From contig CALTTH010000003.1 in assembly GCA_943908365.1 (NCBI GenBank), positions 16,875-80,874 on the forward strand: DNA of 64,000 nucleotides. The letters are read 5' to 3'. Below the pieces are notes generated by a model. The model worked only from the letters and a program-made list of their open reading frames with translations, ran no database searches and was not told the origin of the DNA. Every line of letters begins with the position of its first letter. Position 1 is the stretch's first letter. The position numbers and the translations under genes are program-made. Positions 9,947 to 19,868 of the stretch are shown one piece after another. This DNA comes from an uncultured Hyphomicrobiales bacterium. GTDB lineage: Bacteria; Pseudomonadota; Alphaproteobacteria; Rhizobiales; Rhizobiaceae.

Positions 9947-10675
9947 ATGGACACTGTGCTCCAGGATTTTTTTCAAGCTTTCGCGATCAAAAGCAGTCAA
10001 TTGCGACACGCCATCAACCAAAATGAGGATGAACTGGTTCAGTTGTTTGACAGGGAGTTCCAGGCGATCGTCAACGATATTCTGGCCTACCAAGCGTCTA
10101 ACCGCGAAGAGCTCTACAGACAATTCCAGTTTCTCTGCACGCTGGTTCGCGACGAAGCAGACGACCGGCTGGCGGTTGTGCGCCGAAGCGTGATGATGTC
10201 CGGGCTGATCGACCGATATTTCGGTGATCACTTAGATTCGTCTGATGTGGATTTGTCTCCGGCAATCGCGCGACCGGCCAAGGCTCCGGCACCAGCCTTT
10301 TACGAGCAGCCGCTTTTCAACGAAGCAATCCTCGATAGTCTGGATGATCAGATCATCGTCGTCACAATCGATTATCGCTATCTTTATACCAATAATGCCT
10401 ACGCAAAGTTGAAGAACCGGACGCGCTTATCGCTGATCGGTTGCCATGTGACCGAGTTCATCGGTGAAGATGAGTTTTTCCTTCAGGCAAAGCCGGCCCT
10501 CGATCGTTGCTTTGCCGGTGAGGAGATCGGATACATTCATCAAGCGCACCGGGAAGGGCAGAGATTCGCCACCCGATGCAGGATGACGCCGCTGCGCGGA
10601 CCCAAGAATCACGTCATGGGTGCCGTTGTGGTGCTAAGGAATGTCGATGAGATGGCGACACTGGAATGTGGTTGA
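9947..10675 (+). CDS. PAS-domain protein, paralog 2
   Basis: Colinear similarity to 9085..9777 (LFWQNYAELKS versus DFFQAFAIKSS; IG.H..EF.G....F.........CF.GE; VVV..EL/VVVL.NV); ATG with a GGAG RBS. Confidence 0.6.
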   Translation: MDTVLQDFFQAFAIKSSQLRHAINQNEDELVQLFDREFQAIVNDILAYQASNREELYRQFQFLCTLVRDEADDRLAVVRRSVMMSGLIDRYFGDHLDSSDVDLSPAIARPAKAPAPAFYEQPLFNEAILDSLDDQIIVVTIDYRYLYTNNAYAKLKNRTRLSLIGCHVTEFIGEDEFFLQAKPALDRCFAGEEIGYIHQAHREGQRFATRCRMTPLRGPKNHVMGAVVVLRNVDEMATLECG

Positions 10676-10708
10676 GAGAGGGCCTTGAGCTCTCGCTTTG
10701 CGTCGTGT

Positions 10709-11512
10709 TTACACGCCGCTGAGCTTACCGATGATCCAACCGAGCGAGTAGGGCGCACTCGTATCCAGAATGAGCCTGGCCGCCATGGCAAGGCAGGATA
10801 TCACCAGCAGCGGGCGAATGATCTTTGCACCATTCCTCATAGCCAGTCTGGACCCGATCTGGGCTCCCAGGAACTGTCCAAAACCCATGACCAGCCCGAG
10901 CTTCCAAAGAATCGCACCATTGAGCGTGAACACTAGGAAGCCACCGAAATTCGAACCCAGGTTCAATAGCTTCGTATGCGCAGTCGCCTTCAGCATGCCG
11001 AAGCCGGCAAGCGCAACGAATGACAGCATATAGAAGGAACCGGCTCCCGGACCGAAAATGCCATCGTAAAAACCGATCAATGGAACCACCGTCAGACCGA
11101 AGACGAACGGCGTGATACGACGGTGGCTGTCAATGTCGCTGAGGTTGGGCTTGAAGGCGAAGTAGATGGCGATGGCGACGAGCAGGAACGGCATGATTGC
11201 CCTCAAAACGTCGGCCGGAACAAAGGACGCGGTAAATGCTCCAGCCATCCCCCCGAGCAGGGCCATCAGCGCCATCGGAAATTGTTCTCTGAGATTGACG
11301 TGGCCTTTACGCGCATAGGCAATGGTTGCCGAAGCGGAGCCGAACTGAGCCTGCAGCTTATTGGTCCCTAGCGCCTCCAGCGGCGGTATGCCCATGATCA
11401 GCATGGCCGGCAGCACGATCAATCCTCCGCCGCCAGCGATAGAATCGACGAAGCCGGCGAAGACGGCAACAAAAAACAGTATGATGAAAAGCTGGAGAGC
11501 GACGTCTTGCAC
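10709..11512 (-). CDS. TSUP (TauE/SafE) family membrane permease
   Basis: Two-repeat polytopic membrane protein with GGGG and PLEALGTNK motifs. The GTG start at 11512 is preferred over the N-terminal extension in the track. Confidence 0.65.
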   Translation of the reverse strand: MQDVALQLFIILFFVAVFAGFVDSIAGGGGLIVLPAMLIMGIPPLEALGTNKLQAQFGSASATIAYARKGHVNLREQFPMALMALLGGMAGAFTASFVPADVLRAIMPFLLVAIAIYFAFKPNLSDIDSHRRITPFVFGLTVVPLIGFYDGIFGPGAGSFYMLSFVALAGFGMLKATAHTKLLNLGSNFGGFLVFTLNGAILWKLGLVMGFGQFLGAQIGSRLAMRNGAKIIRPLLVISCLAMAARLILDTSAPYSLGWIIGKLSGV

Positions 11513-11787
11513 TGGGGAGGAATCCGGAGGGTTTTGCTGGCCGCTTGTGGCACCGAATGCCTTGCCCCGCAACCGCTTTTGCAGGCAAGGCTACAGCATC
11601 GGCCCGAAAATCCGACTCGATTTTCGGAAAGCAAGATGCCTAGATTCAAAAGGTAAAGCGCTGTGCGTCCGATGGGACGCACAGCGCTTTATTGGTCGGA
11701 TGGAAAAGATTGCGCAGCGCGCACAGGAAGCTATTGTGCGCCGAACGCTACCGCGAAGCATGCAGCCCTATTTGAATGAGGACACAT

Positions 11788-12747
11788 ATGCATAAAGTAA
11801 TTTTCGACACGGATCCGGGTATTGACGATGCAATGGCGCTACTTTTTCTGCATCGCCACCCTGATATCGATCTTATCGGGGTCACGACCGTTTTCGGCAA
11901 TGCGCCGATCGAGATTACGACTCGCAATGCGCAGTTTCTCAAACAACAATGGATGATCGATGCGCCCGTAGCACAGGGCGCCGGAAAGACGTTTGACCCC
12001 TCGCGCCCCGACGGACACTTCCCCACCTTCATCCACGGCGATGATGGACTTGGCAATATCGGCGTGCCTGAAACGGTCGATGTGCCGCTCGATCCGCGCG
12101 CGGCGCATCATTTCATCATCGACACGGTCAAGGCCAATCCCGGTGAAGTGACTCTGATTGCGGTCGGCCGCATGACCAATCTGGCGCTCGCCCTGAAGAC
12201 CGATCCCGATTTTGCTACTCTGGTGAAAGAGGTTATCATCATGGGGGGCGCCTTTGACATCAATGGCAATGTCAGCCCTGCGGCAGAGGCAAATATTCAC
12301 GGTGATCCGGAGGCGGCTGATCTCGTCTTCACCGCAGCTTGGCCGGTCACCGTCATAGGCCTGGACGTCACGACGAAAACCGTGATGACCTCCGGTTTCC
12401 TGGCGGACATGGTCAAGGAGAATGGCGCTGCTGTGCAGCTTCTGTCGGACCTCTCGCAGTTCTATATCAACTTCTACAATATGCGCACCGGCGACGGCAT
12501 GGTGGTTCACGATTCCTGTGCCTGCGTCTATCTGACGAATCCTGAATTGTTCGAAACACGAAGCGGCGCAATTCGTGTTGTGTGTGGCGGTCTTGCAGAC
12601 GGGCAGACCATCCAGAAGCCGGACGGCGTCACCTTCCCACCGGGCAAATGGGACGGTTATCCAAGCCAGAAAGTCTGCACCAGGATCGAGCCGGATCGTG
12701 TGCTGTCGGTCATTCGCTCTGCAATTGTGCGGGGTGAACGTGGCTGA
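11788..12747 (+). CDS. Inosine-uridine-preferring nucleoside hydrolase
   Basis: N-terminal DTDPGIDDAMAL aspartate-cluster motif; TGAGGA RBS before the ATG at 11788. Confidence 0.85.
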   Translation: MHKVIFDTDPGIDDAMALLFLHRHPDIDLIGVTTVFGNAPIEITTRNAQFLKQQWMIDAPVAQGAGKTFDPSRPDGHFPTFIHGDDGLGNIGVPETVDVPLDPRAAHHFIIDTVKANPGEVTLIAVGRMTNLALALKTDPDFATLVKEVIIMGGAFDINGNVSPAAEANIHGDPEAADLVFTAAWPVTVIGLDVTTKTVMTSGFLADMVKENGAAVQLLSDLSQFYINFYNMRTGDGMVVHDSCACVYLTNPELFETRSGAIRVVCGGLADGQTIQKPDGVTFPPGKWDGYPSQKVCTRIEPDRVLSVIRSAIVRGERG

Positions 12748-13037
12748 TTGAATTGAGCTGCCGTTCGCGCGGCGGCTTTGCCTTGCATTTTATCAGAATC
12801 TGGCGTTATGCAGGCACAACTGGCGCAAGCCGCGTTCTGCGCCAAACTCGTCACGACAAATGTTTCGGCGAAGTACGGTGATCGCGTGACGTTTCGGGAA
12901 AACCAATTCGTGTTTTCCGGCGCTTGCGCTACAATAAACAGCACAGGTCCGATTTGTTCGTGTCGGCTTATGTTTCAAATCAAAAAACGAACGCTACTAT
13001 GGGCCGGACGATCCGGTCCATTTCCATGAGGAAAGAG

Positions 13038-14258
13038 ATGGAAGAGTTTCACAAGGTCAAGCGTCTGCCGCAATACGTCTTCGAACAGGTCAACCGTTTG
13101 AAAGCGAGCGCGCGAGCGGGTGGCGCGGATATCATTGACCTTGGCATGGGCAATCCAGATCTGCCGACACCCAAGGCAATCGTCGACAAGCTTTGCGAAG
13201 TCGTCCAGGACCCACGCACGCATCGTTACTCCTCCTCCAAGGGCATCCCAGGCCTTCGCCGCGCCCAGGCCGCCTATTATGCGCGCCGTTTTGGCGTGAA
13301 GCTGAACCCGGATACACAGGTGGTTGCCACGCTCGGTTCAAAGGAAGGCTTCGCCAATATGGCGCAGGCAATCACCGCGCCAGGCGACGTGATCCTGTGT
13401 CCGAACCCGACCTATCCGATCCATGCCTTCGGCTTCCTGATGGCAGGCGGCGTCATTCGTTCGATGAATGTCGAGCCGGATGAAACCTTCTTCGGCCCGC
13501 TTGAGCGCGCCGTGCGCCATTCGATCCCCAAGCCGCTGGCACTGATCATCAACTACCCATCCAACCCGACGGCGCATGTGGCGTCTCTGGATTTCTACAA
13601 GGACGTGATCGCTTTTGCGAAGAAGCACGACCTGATCGTGCTGTCCGACCTTGCCTATTCGGAAATCTATTTCGATGAAAAGAACCCGCCGCCATCGGTC
13701 CTTGAAGTGCCGGGTGCCATGGATGTATCGGTGGAATTCACCTCCATGTCGAAGACCTTCTCCATGCCCGGCTGGCGCATGGGCTTTGCCGTCGGCAACG
13801 AACGTTTGATCGCTGCATTGACACGCGTAAAGTCCTATCTCGATTACGGCGCATTTACGCCGATCCAGGTTGCTGCCACGCACGCTCTGAACGGCGATGG
13901 CTCTGATATTGCAGAAGTGCGCAATGTCTATCGCCGCCGTCGCGACGTCATGGTCGATACATTCGGCAAGGCCGGCTTCGAAGTTCCGCCTCCGGCCGCC
14001 ACCATGTTCGCCTGGGCGAAAATCCCGGAGAAATTCCGTCATCTCGGTTCGCTTGAATTTTCCAAGCTGTTGATCGAGAAGGCCGACATTGCGGTTGCTC
14101 CGGGTGTCGGCTTCGGCGAGATGGGTGACGATTACGTTCGCCTCGCGCTCGTCGAGAACGAGCACAGAATTCGTCAGGCCGCGCGCAATCTCAAGCGCTT
14201 CCTGTCGACTGCGGACGATACGTTGCACAACGTCGTCTCGCTCAACGCCCACAGATAA
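13038..14258 (+). CDS. Class I pyridoxal-phosphate aminotransferase (AlaA/AspC-like)
   Basis: MEEFHKVKRLPQYVFEQV N-terminus; SMSKTFSMPGWRMGFA contains the PLP lysine; GAGGAAAG RBS. Confidence 0.8.
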   Translation: MEEFHKVKRLPQYVFEQVNRLKASARAGGADIIDLGMGNPDLPTPKAIVDKLCEVVQDPRTHRYSSSKGIPGLRRAQAAYYARRFGVKLNPDTQVVATLGSKEGFANMAQAITAPGDVILCPNPTYPIHAFGFLMAGGVIRSMNVEPDETFFGPLERAVRHSIPKPLALIINYPSNPTAHVASLDFYKDVIAFAKKHDLIVLSDLAYSEIYFDEKNPPPSVLEVPGAMDVSVEFTSMSKTFSMPGWRMGFAVGNERLIAALTRVKSYLDYGAFTPIQVAATHALNGDGSDIAEVRNVYRRRRDVMVDTFGKAGFEVPPPAATMFAWAKIPEKFRHLGSLEFSKLLIEKADIAVAPGVGFGEMGDDYVRLALVENEHRIRQAARNLKRFLSTADDTLHNVVSLNAHR

Positions 14259-14323
14259 GGGCAACCCGCCAAGGTGGCCGGTTCCGGCCACCTCTTTCAT
14301 TAAAGCAAATCAGGAATATACCC

Positions 14324-15634
14324 ATGGCAGATTCATTGAGAATCGGCATAGCGGGACTCGGCACTGTCGGCTCTTCGCTCGTGCGCATCCTCCAGCAGAG
14401 AAGCAACGAACTTGCGATTACCTGCGGACGCGCAATTGAGATTATTGCTGTTTCCGCGCGCGACCGCTCGCGCGATCGCGGCATTGATATCTCGGGTATT
14501 ACCTGGTTTGATACGCCGGAAGAGATGGCCGAGAAGGCCGACATCGATGTCTTCGTCGAGCTGGTCGGTGGCGCCTCAGGTGCTGCGGAAAAAGCCGTTC
14601 GGACAGCGCTTTCGCGCGGTCTACATGTGGTGACAGCCAACAAAGCGCTGCTGGCCAAGCATGGTGTAGAACTGGCAAAGATGGCCGAAGAAAAGGGCGC
14701 TCTGCTCAACTTCGAAGCGGCTGTCGCCGGCGGGATCCCCATCATCAAGGCGCTGCGTGAATCCCTGACCGGCAACCACGTGTCGCGCATCTACGGTATC
14801 ATGAACGGCACCTGCAACTACATCCTGACTAAGATGGAGAAGGAAGGGCTGTCTTTCGAAGTCTGCCTGAAGGAAGCGCAGCGGCTTGGCTACGCGGAGG
14901 CGGACCCGGCTTTCGATATCGAGGGCAACGACACGGCGCATAAGCTTGCGATCCTGACGACGCTCGCCTTCGGCTCCAAGATCGCCGCCGATGATATCTA
15001 TCTCGAAGGCATCACCAATATCTCCATCGAGGATATTCAGGCAGCCGCCGATCTCGGCTATCGCATCAAGCTTCTCGGTGTGGCGCAATTGACCGAATCT
15101 GGCATCGAGCAGCGCGTCCACCCGACCATGGTGCCGCTCGATTCCGTCATCGCTCAGGTCGATGGCGTCACCAATGCAGTCGCAGTGGAATCCGATATTC
15201 TGGGTGAATTGCTGATGGTTGGTCCAGGTGCTGGCGGTAATGCGACGGCGTCCGCGGTGCTGGGTGATGTCGCCGATATCGCCAAGAGCCGCCCAGGTGC
15301 TCAGCAGGTGCCGGTTCTCGGTCGACCAGCCAAGTCACTGACGGATTATCGCCGTGCCAAGATGAAGAGCCACGAAGGCGGCTACTTCATCCGTCTGACG
15401 GTCAAGGACAAGGCTGGCGTATTTGCTTCCATCGCGACCCGCATGGCGGAAAACAATATCTCGCTCGAATCGATCGTTCAGCGCTCTCAGGTGCCGATGG
15501 AGGAGGGCGCTCAGACCATCATCCTCGTCACCCACGCCACCATGGAAGATGCGATCCGCAAGGCGGTCAAAGCGATCAAGAGCGAAAAGTATCTGGTTAG
15601 CGAACCACAGGTGATCCGTATCGAGCGCACGTGA
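14324..15634 (+). CDS. hom: Homoserine dehydrogenase with C-terminal ACT domain
   Basis: Rossmann N-terminus IGIAGLGTVGSSL, the catalytic region and an ACT domain; 436 aa. Confidence 0.9.
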   Translation: MADSLRIGIAGLGTVGSSLVRILQQRSNELAITCGRAIEIIAVSARDRSRDRGIDISGITWFDTPEEMAEKADIDVFVELVGGASGAAEKAVRTALSRGLHVVTANKALLAKHGVELAKMAEEKGALLNFEAAVAGGIPIIKALRESLTGNHVSRIYGIMNGTCNYILTKMEKEGLSFEVCLKEAQRLGYAEADPAFDIEGNDTAHKLAILTTLAFGSKIAADDIYLEGITNISIEDIQAAADLGYRIKLLGVAQLTESGIEQRVHPTMVPLDSVIAQVDGVTNAVAVESDILGELLMVGPGAGGNATASAVLGDVADIAKSRPGAQQVPVLGRPAKSLTDYRRAKMKSHEGGYFIRLTVKDKAGVFASIATRMAENNISLESIVQRSQVPMEEGAQTIILVTHATMEDAIRKAVKAIKSEKYLVSEPQVIRIERT

Positions 15635-15767
15635 GGCCTAGCGCCTGGCTTCGCTGAAGCATGGCGCGCAAAAGTGTTCACCGGTTTTGCGATAAAGCGT
15701 AATGAGCGAATCTGAAAGATCGTGACACACTTTAAGGCTGTGCCAGTGATACAGACATTTTGATAGA

Positions 15768-15803
15768 AAGCCCGGAGGCGTATGCTCCCCGGGCTTTTTC
15801 TAT
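15768..15803 (+). terminator. Rho-independent terminator downstream of hom
   Basis: GC-rich stem AAGCCCGGAGG...CCCCGGGC followed by TTTTTCTATTT. Confidence 0.5.
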
Positions 15804-15881
15804 TTCATACACGTTGCTTAGGAGAGTGAGAAAAGTAGCGCACGCCTGCGCCCCTGCCGCTCGGCTGTGAAGATGTCGACC

Positions 15882-15916
15882 GAAAAAGATCTTGGCAAAA
15901 TTTGATCGCCAAGATC
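15882..15916 (-). terminator. Rho-independent terminator of the 77-aa minus-strand gene
   Basis: Perfect 9-bp inverted repeat GATCTTGGC/GCCAAGATC, with a T-run on the minus strand. Confidence 0.5.
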
Positions 15917-15941
15917 GATTCAGGTCAGCGTCGCCGTCCGC

Positions 15942-16175
15942 TTACGACGCGTAGGCTGGAGTGCGATAGCTTGGGTCCGAGGCAATCGCGTATGTCGCGC
16001 GGCTGGCGTCTGCCTCATCATCCGAAGCAATGCTCTGGTTTGCGACACGACCCTGGGAGAGGGTTCCTCCCTCGATCAGCGCCATCTGAATGAGATAGGT
16101 TAGAAACGTGCTCTCCTTTGGCGTGGCAAGCAAGGCTGCGCGCAAATGGTCCATCACGATATTGGTGTCACTCAT
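15942..16175 (-). CDS. Hypothetical 77-aa protein
   Basis: GAGGG RBS 5 nt before the ATG and its own terminator; no recognisable family. Confidence 0.45.
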   Translation of the reverse strand: MSDTNIVMDHLRAALLATPKESTFLTYLIQMALIEGGTLSQGRVANQSIASDDEADASRATYAIASDPSYRTPAYAS

Positions 16176-16265
16176 AGTCTGCCCTCATATGTCTTAACGC
16201 GCTAAAATTAGCGCATCATCGTGATTGCAGCGTGAATCAACTAAGGGTGTCAGGGGTATGTGAGC

Positions 16266-17855
16266 TTACACGGGAATAGTGTCGATCAATCGGATGCGCC
16301 GCATCGTGGTGACAGGATAATCGTCGTCGAGAAAGCGAGCTGGCGTAAAGTCTGGCTCAAGCAACCGCAACTGATCGATCGCTCGCTCCGCATGCGCCGT
16401 CATCCCCTTTTGAATGTAGAGGGCAACCAGGTAGCGCAACGGTGCGCGGAAGGCGGGTCGCAGAATGAGCGCGGCCTCCGCATGGCCGATGGCTGCATCA
16501 TAGTCACTGACAGCGGCGGCTGACATGCAGCAAAAGAACTCGACGAATGCCCGATGTTCGCCACCTCCGGTCAATTCCAACGCCTTTGTTGCAGACCTGC
16601 GGCTTGCCTTCAACTTGTCGAGAACGAGTTCGGCATTGGACAGGATCGCCAGGTTGATTGGGTTGAGCGGATCAAGCTCAGCGGCCCGCTCAGCGAGCTT
16701 CAGAGATCCGCGGCTGGATCCCCCACCCAGATATTCCAGGTGCGCACCGATACTGAGGATGCCCGGGCTGTTGCCATCCTGGCGCAATGCCTCCTGTACG
16801 AGTTCCGTGGAGGTAATTTCGTCACCCAGGAATGCCGTGCTGCGATGCTGGAATTGCGCCATGTTGCGCAGGAAAGCCCGCCAAGCGACATATTGCGGAC
16901 GAGGATCGTGCTCATAGGCATAGCTCAGATGCCTGTCCGCCTCGGACAGGCTTTGACGGTCGAAGCGGAAGATGAGGTTGCGAGCGTTGCTTGCCAGAAG
17001 CGCTGCGCAGTTCGAAATGGCGAGGTCGTCTTTTCTTTCGCGCAAGGTGATGAGAATGGCCTGAACCAACGTTCCGCACCAATGATGCAACGCCTCTTGC
17101 GAGGAACTCACGAGCTTTTCAGTACGTGAAGCATAGAGCCTGCCGGTCTCCGCATGGCTGATCGTGAAGGTGATATGGCTATGCCGCCCGATCGTCGCGG
17201 TCCGGATTGAGACGGCAAGACCGCTGACAGGCTGACGCGCGACAGCTAGTGATGCATGTGGGATATGGGGAAAGATTTGAAAGTCGTCCAAGTCATGAAG
17301 CGACGCCGTCGTCAGCGTCATCATGCGGGCGTTGATCAACTCGCTCGCCGACTGATTGTCGGAATGAAACTGAAAGAAGATGGCTGGCTTCGGCGGTGCT
17401 GATTGACGCGGCGCCTGAAAAGCGCTGACAAGGGCCTTTTCAGCAAGTGACGACCGAGTATCGCGAATCCATTCCTCGAACTCCGGATCTGGGACGTCGA
17501 TATCGGCGAAGGCGTCCTGCTCGTCGCTCCAATCGCCCGGTGACTCGACAAGGCGGTAACTGACTTTGAACCGTGACGAGTCGAGCGCGACCTTTTCGCG
17601 GTCGGCCTGCAAGATGTCCTGATATGGCCCAAACGCCTTTCGAATTTCGACAAGCGTTTGACGCAGGCTGTCCGAACCCTTTTTGGCGTCGCGATCGCTC
17701 CACAACTTGTCCTGCAGCGATACTCGGCTTCGGGAGTAATGTGGTGCCGACGCCAGAAGAACAAGGAGACCGCGAGCCTTGGCCGATCGCGGACCCCGGT
17801 CGTTCCCATCCGGATCAGCGATCCGGAATCGACCAAAGACGTTTAACGACAGCAT
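16266..17855 (-). CDS. Transcriptional regulator with an N-terminal OmpR/PhoB-type (CadC/SARP-like) winged-helix domain and a C-terminal TPR-like region
   Basis: N-terminus LSLNVFGRFRIADPDG...LLVLLASAPHYSRSRVSLQDKLWSD...LRQTLVEIRKA resembles the trans_reg_C fold; the helical-repeat C-terminus carries LALYIQKG and AERAIDQL motifs. Confidence 0.5.
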   Translation of the reverse strand: MLSLNVFGRFRIADPDGNDRGPRSAKARGLLVLLASAPHYSRSRVSLQDKLWSDRDAKKGSDSLRQTLVEIRKAFGPYQDILQADREKVALDSSRFKVSYRLVESPGDWSDEQDAFADIDVPDPEFEEWIRDTRSSLAEKALVSAFQAPRQSAPPKPAIFFQFHSDNQSASELINARMMTLTTASLHDLDDFQIFPHIPHASLAVARQPVSGLAVSIRTATIGRHSHITFTISHAETGRLYASRTEKLVSSSQEALHHWCGTLVQAILITLRERKDDLAISNCAALLASNARNLIFRFDRQSLSEADRHLSYAYEHDPRPQYVAWRAFLRNMAQFQHRSTAFLGDEITSTELVQEALRQDGNSPGILSIGAHLEYLGGGSSRGSLKLAERAAELDPLNPINLAILSNAELVLDKLKASRRSATKALELTGGGEHRAFVEFFCCMSAAAVSDYDAAIGHAEAALILRPAFRAPLRYLVALYIQKGMTAHAERAIDQLRLLEPDFTPARFLDDDYPVTTMRRIRLIDTIPV

Positions 17856-17902
17856 AGGCGCGCCCTCCGAAGGCAAATCACACCTATGCATATCAGGTCA
17901 TA

Positions 17903-19261
17903 TTAGCGAAGGAAAAGCCTTCCCGTTGGATCCTGTTCATTTTCGTCTGGACGTGCGGTATTGGCATCGGCTGGTGCCATCAGGTGCGCGTCAGCCGGCT
18001 TGAACGGGTAGGGCGTGACATCGGTCGTCGACGCAGCGTGATCGGGGAAATCGGTTTTCACCCAGTTGCGAAATGCCGCAATTCCCTTTGAGACCTGCAG
18101 CACGTAGTCGAGCGACTGCGTGTTCGCGACTGGCGAGTTCGTTCCAATGTTGCGGAAGTAGGCGGCAATGGCCGCGTCGTCGTAAGGGTTGGCTGGCACA
18201 TCAGGCAAAAGTGCTGCCGCTTGAGTCGCTTCCGGCGTATCCGGCAGCACCGCCGTGCCCCAGTCATTGGCACGCTGGTGACAGGTGATACATGCCGAGG
18301 TGGGATTATCGACAGGGCCATTTGCGCGACCGAAGAGTCCCAGGTTCTGGCGGGGAAGGGCGTAGAACATGGAGGCGACATCCGGATTGACCCAACTTTC
18401 TTTCGGCGTTGCTGCCTGCTCCAGATAAGCCCTGGCGTTGAGCCCCGGGTCGCTACCCCAGATCAGCCCGACAGGCACTAATCGCTCATAAGGCATGTTG
18501 CCCGGCTGCATGGCGTTGTACATGAAGGTCCCAAAGAACCAGCCGTTCGGCGAGCGCTTGTCCTTGACCGAAAGGTCCAACTGGAGAAGGCGCATGGTCA
18601 TTACCCCGCCATCCTTCTCCCCGGCGACATCCCATTCTTTCGAGCCCGCAAGATAGGGAACGCTGGAGGGTGTGGCAGTGGTGAACAGCATTTTCGCAGA
18701 CACCGCACCTTCCGCAAATGCAAAATCCCGGGTCTTGGGGAAGGCGGGATCACCCCAGATCTGACCGAAGCCATAGCACGCCACATCATTATAGATGCCG
18801 ACCGCGAAATTGCGCTCCCAGTCCATTTGTAGCGCGTGAAGCTCCTTCGGCCGGGACCATCGCTCGGTCGTCATCCCACGCAGGGGCTCGCGCAACATGA
18901 AGAACCACGGCGCATCACACCACTGCTCTTCCTTATTGTCCTCGATCCGCCAATCCACATCCGGCCGCGCATTGACCTTGATGACGTAGTTGAGGACCGA
19001 CTGCATATAGTCACCTGGATTCTTGAACGGATCGACCGTCAACCACGGGAGCTTGCTGTTGTCTGGCAAGGTCTTGGGAAAATCATAATGGATCTGAAAC
19101 TTGCGATCCGTCTCATGCCCCTTGAGCGGCAGGCTACTGGAACAGTCGAACTTGGCCTTGGCGGCGGCTGCAAAGCTGCTGTCTGCAGGCGCCGGACAGT
19201 CAGCCAACGCGGCGGAGGCCGGGAAGAAAAGAAGAGCGAAACTAAGGAGGCGTGCTTTCAT
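17903..19261 (-). CDS. Secreted hypothetical protein with a C-terminal CxxCH heme-binding motif
   Basis: Sec signal peptide MKARLLSFALLFFPASAALA; a single CITCH motif near residue 375; start at 19261 with a GGAG RBS. It sits immediately upstream of the regulator on the same strand. Confidence 0.55.
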   Translation of the reverse strand: MKARLLSFALLFFPASAALADCPAPADSSFAAAAKAKFDCSSSLPLKGHETDRKFQIHYDFPKTLPDNSKLPWLTVDPFKNPGDYMQSVLNYVIKVNARPDVDWRIEDNKEEQWCDAPWFFMLREPLRGMTTERWSRPKELHALQMDWERNFAVGIYNDVACYGFGQIWGDPAFPKTRDFAFAEGAVSAKMLFTTATPSSVPYLAGSKEWDVAGEKDGGVMTMRLLQLDLSVKDKRSPNGWFFGTFMYNAMQPGNMPYERLVPVGLIWGSDPGLNARAYLEQAATPKESWVNPDVASMFYALPRQNLGLFGRANGPVDNPTSACITCHQRANDWGTAVLPDTPEATQAAALLPDVPANPYDDAAIAAYFRNIGTNSPVANTQSLDYVLQVSKGIAAFRNWVKTDFPDHAASTTDVTPYPFKPADAHLMAPADANTARPDENEQDPTGRLFLR

Positions 19262-19609
19262 CAGTGAGTCTCCAGCAGACGGACGGGAGGTTGATGTAAA
19301 GTGAAGGATTTGGGATTGTAAATACGCAACCTGAAACACGTTAGGCGAGTATTGAGGAGGATTCCGATGATGGCGGGGACGACCAGAATCAGATGTCACA
19401 CCCGCTGGATGGTCTTCAGTAAGAACCAAATGTGCGGCTTCAGACAGGCTTGAAAATGAGGCTCTAAAGTGTCCTGATAGCTGACCGGTTGGTGAGATAG
19501 AACCACGTCAAGCTTTGCCCGAGGCGAGTCTCCATCATGACTCTTCGATGCCGAAAGCCCGAAAAGATAGTCATGATCTCTTAAATAACTGATTTTTATC
19601 GAGAATTAT

Positions 19610-19685
19610 TGGTGAGAGCGCAGGGATTCGAACCCTGGACCTACTGATTAAAAGTCAGTTGCTCTACCGGCTGAGCTACGCTCTC
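19610..19685 (-). tRNA. tRNA-Lys (anticodon UUU)
   Basis: The reverse complement, GAGAGCGTAGCTCAGCCGGTAGAGCAACTGACTTTTAATCAGTAGGTCCAGGGTTCGAATCCCTGCGCTCTCACCA, folds as a cloverleaf with a CTTTTAA anticodon loop and a GGTTCGAATCC T-arm. Confidence 0.85.
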
Positions 19686-19868
19686 CCAAATGGGGGCGAA
19701 GCGCCCCTCGGAAGTGGGCGGAACATAGGTAGAGGCACGTTTGCGGTCAACCCAAAAAAACAGGATTACATCATCTTTCCGCGTTTTTTTGCCGCAACCG
19801 CAAAAAGGTGATTGGTGGCAAGGGTTTGGTGGAGCTACAAGGCATCGTGAACCGTCCGGAGTGCAGCA

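Noticed and set aside
13338-14300. 320-aa minus-strand ORF
   Set aside because: Antisense to the aminotransferase gene.
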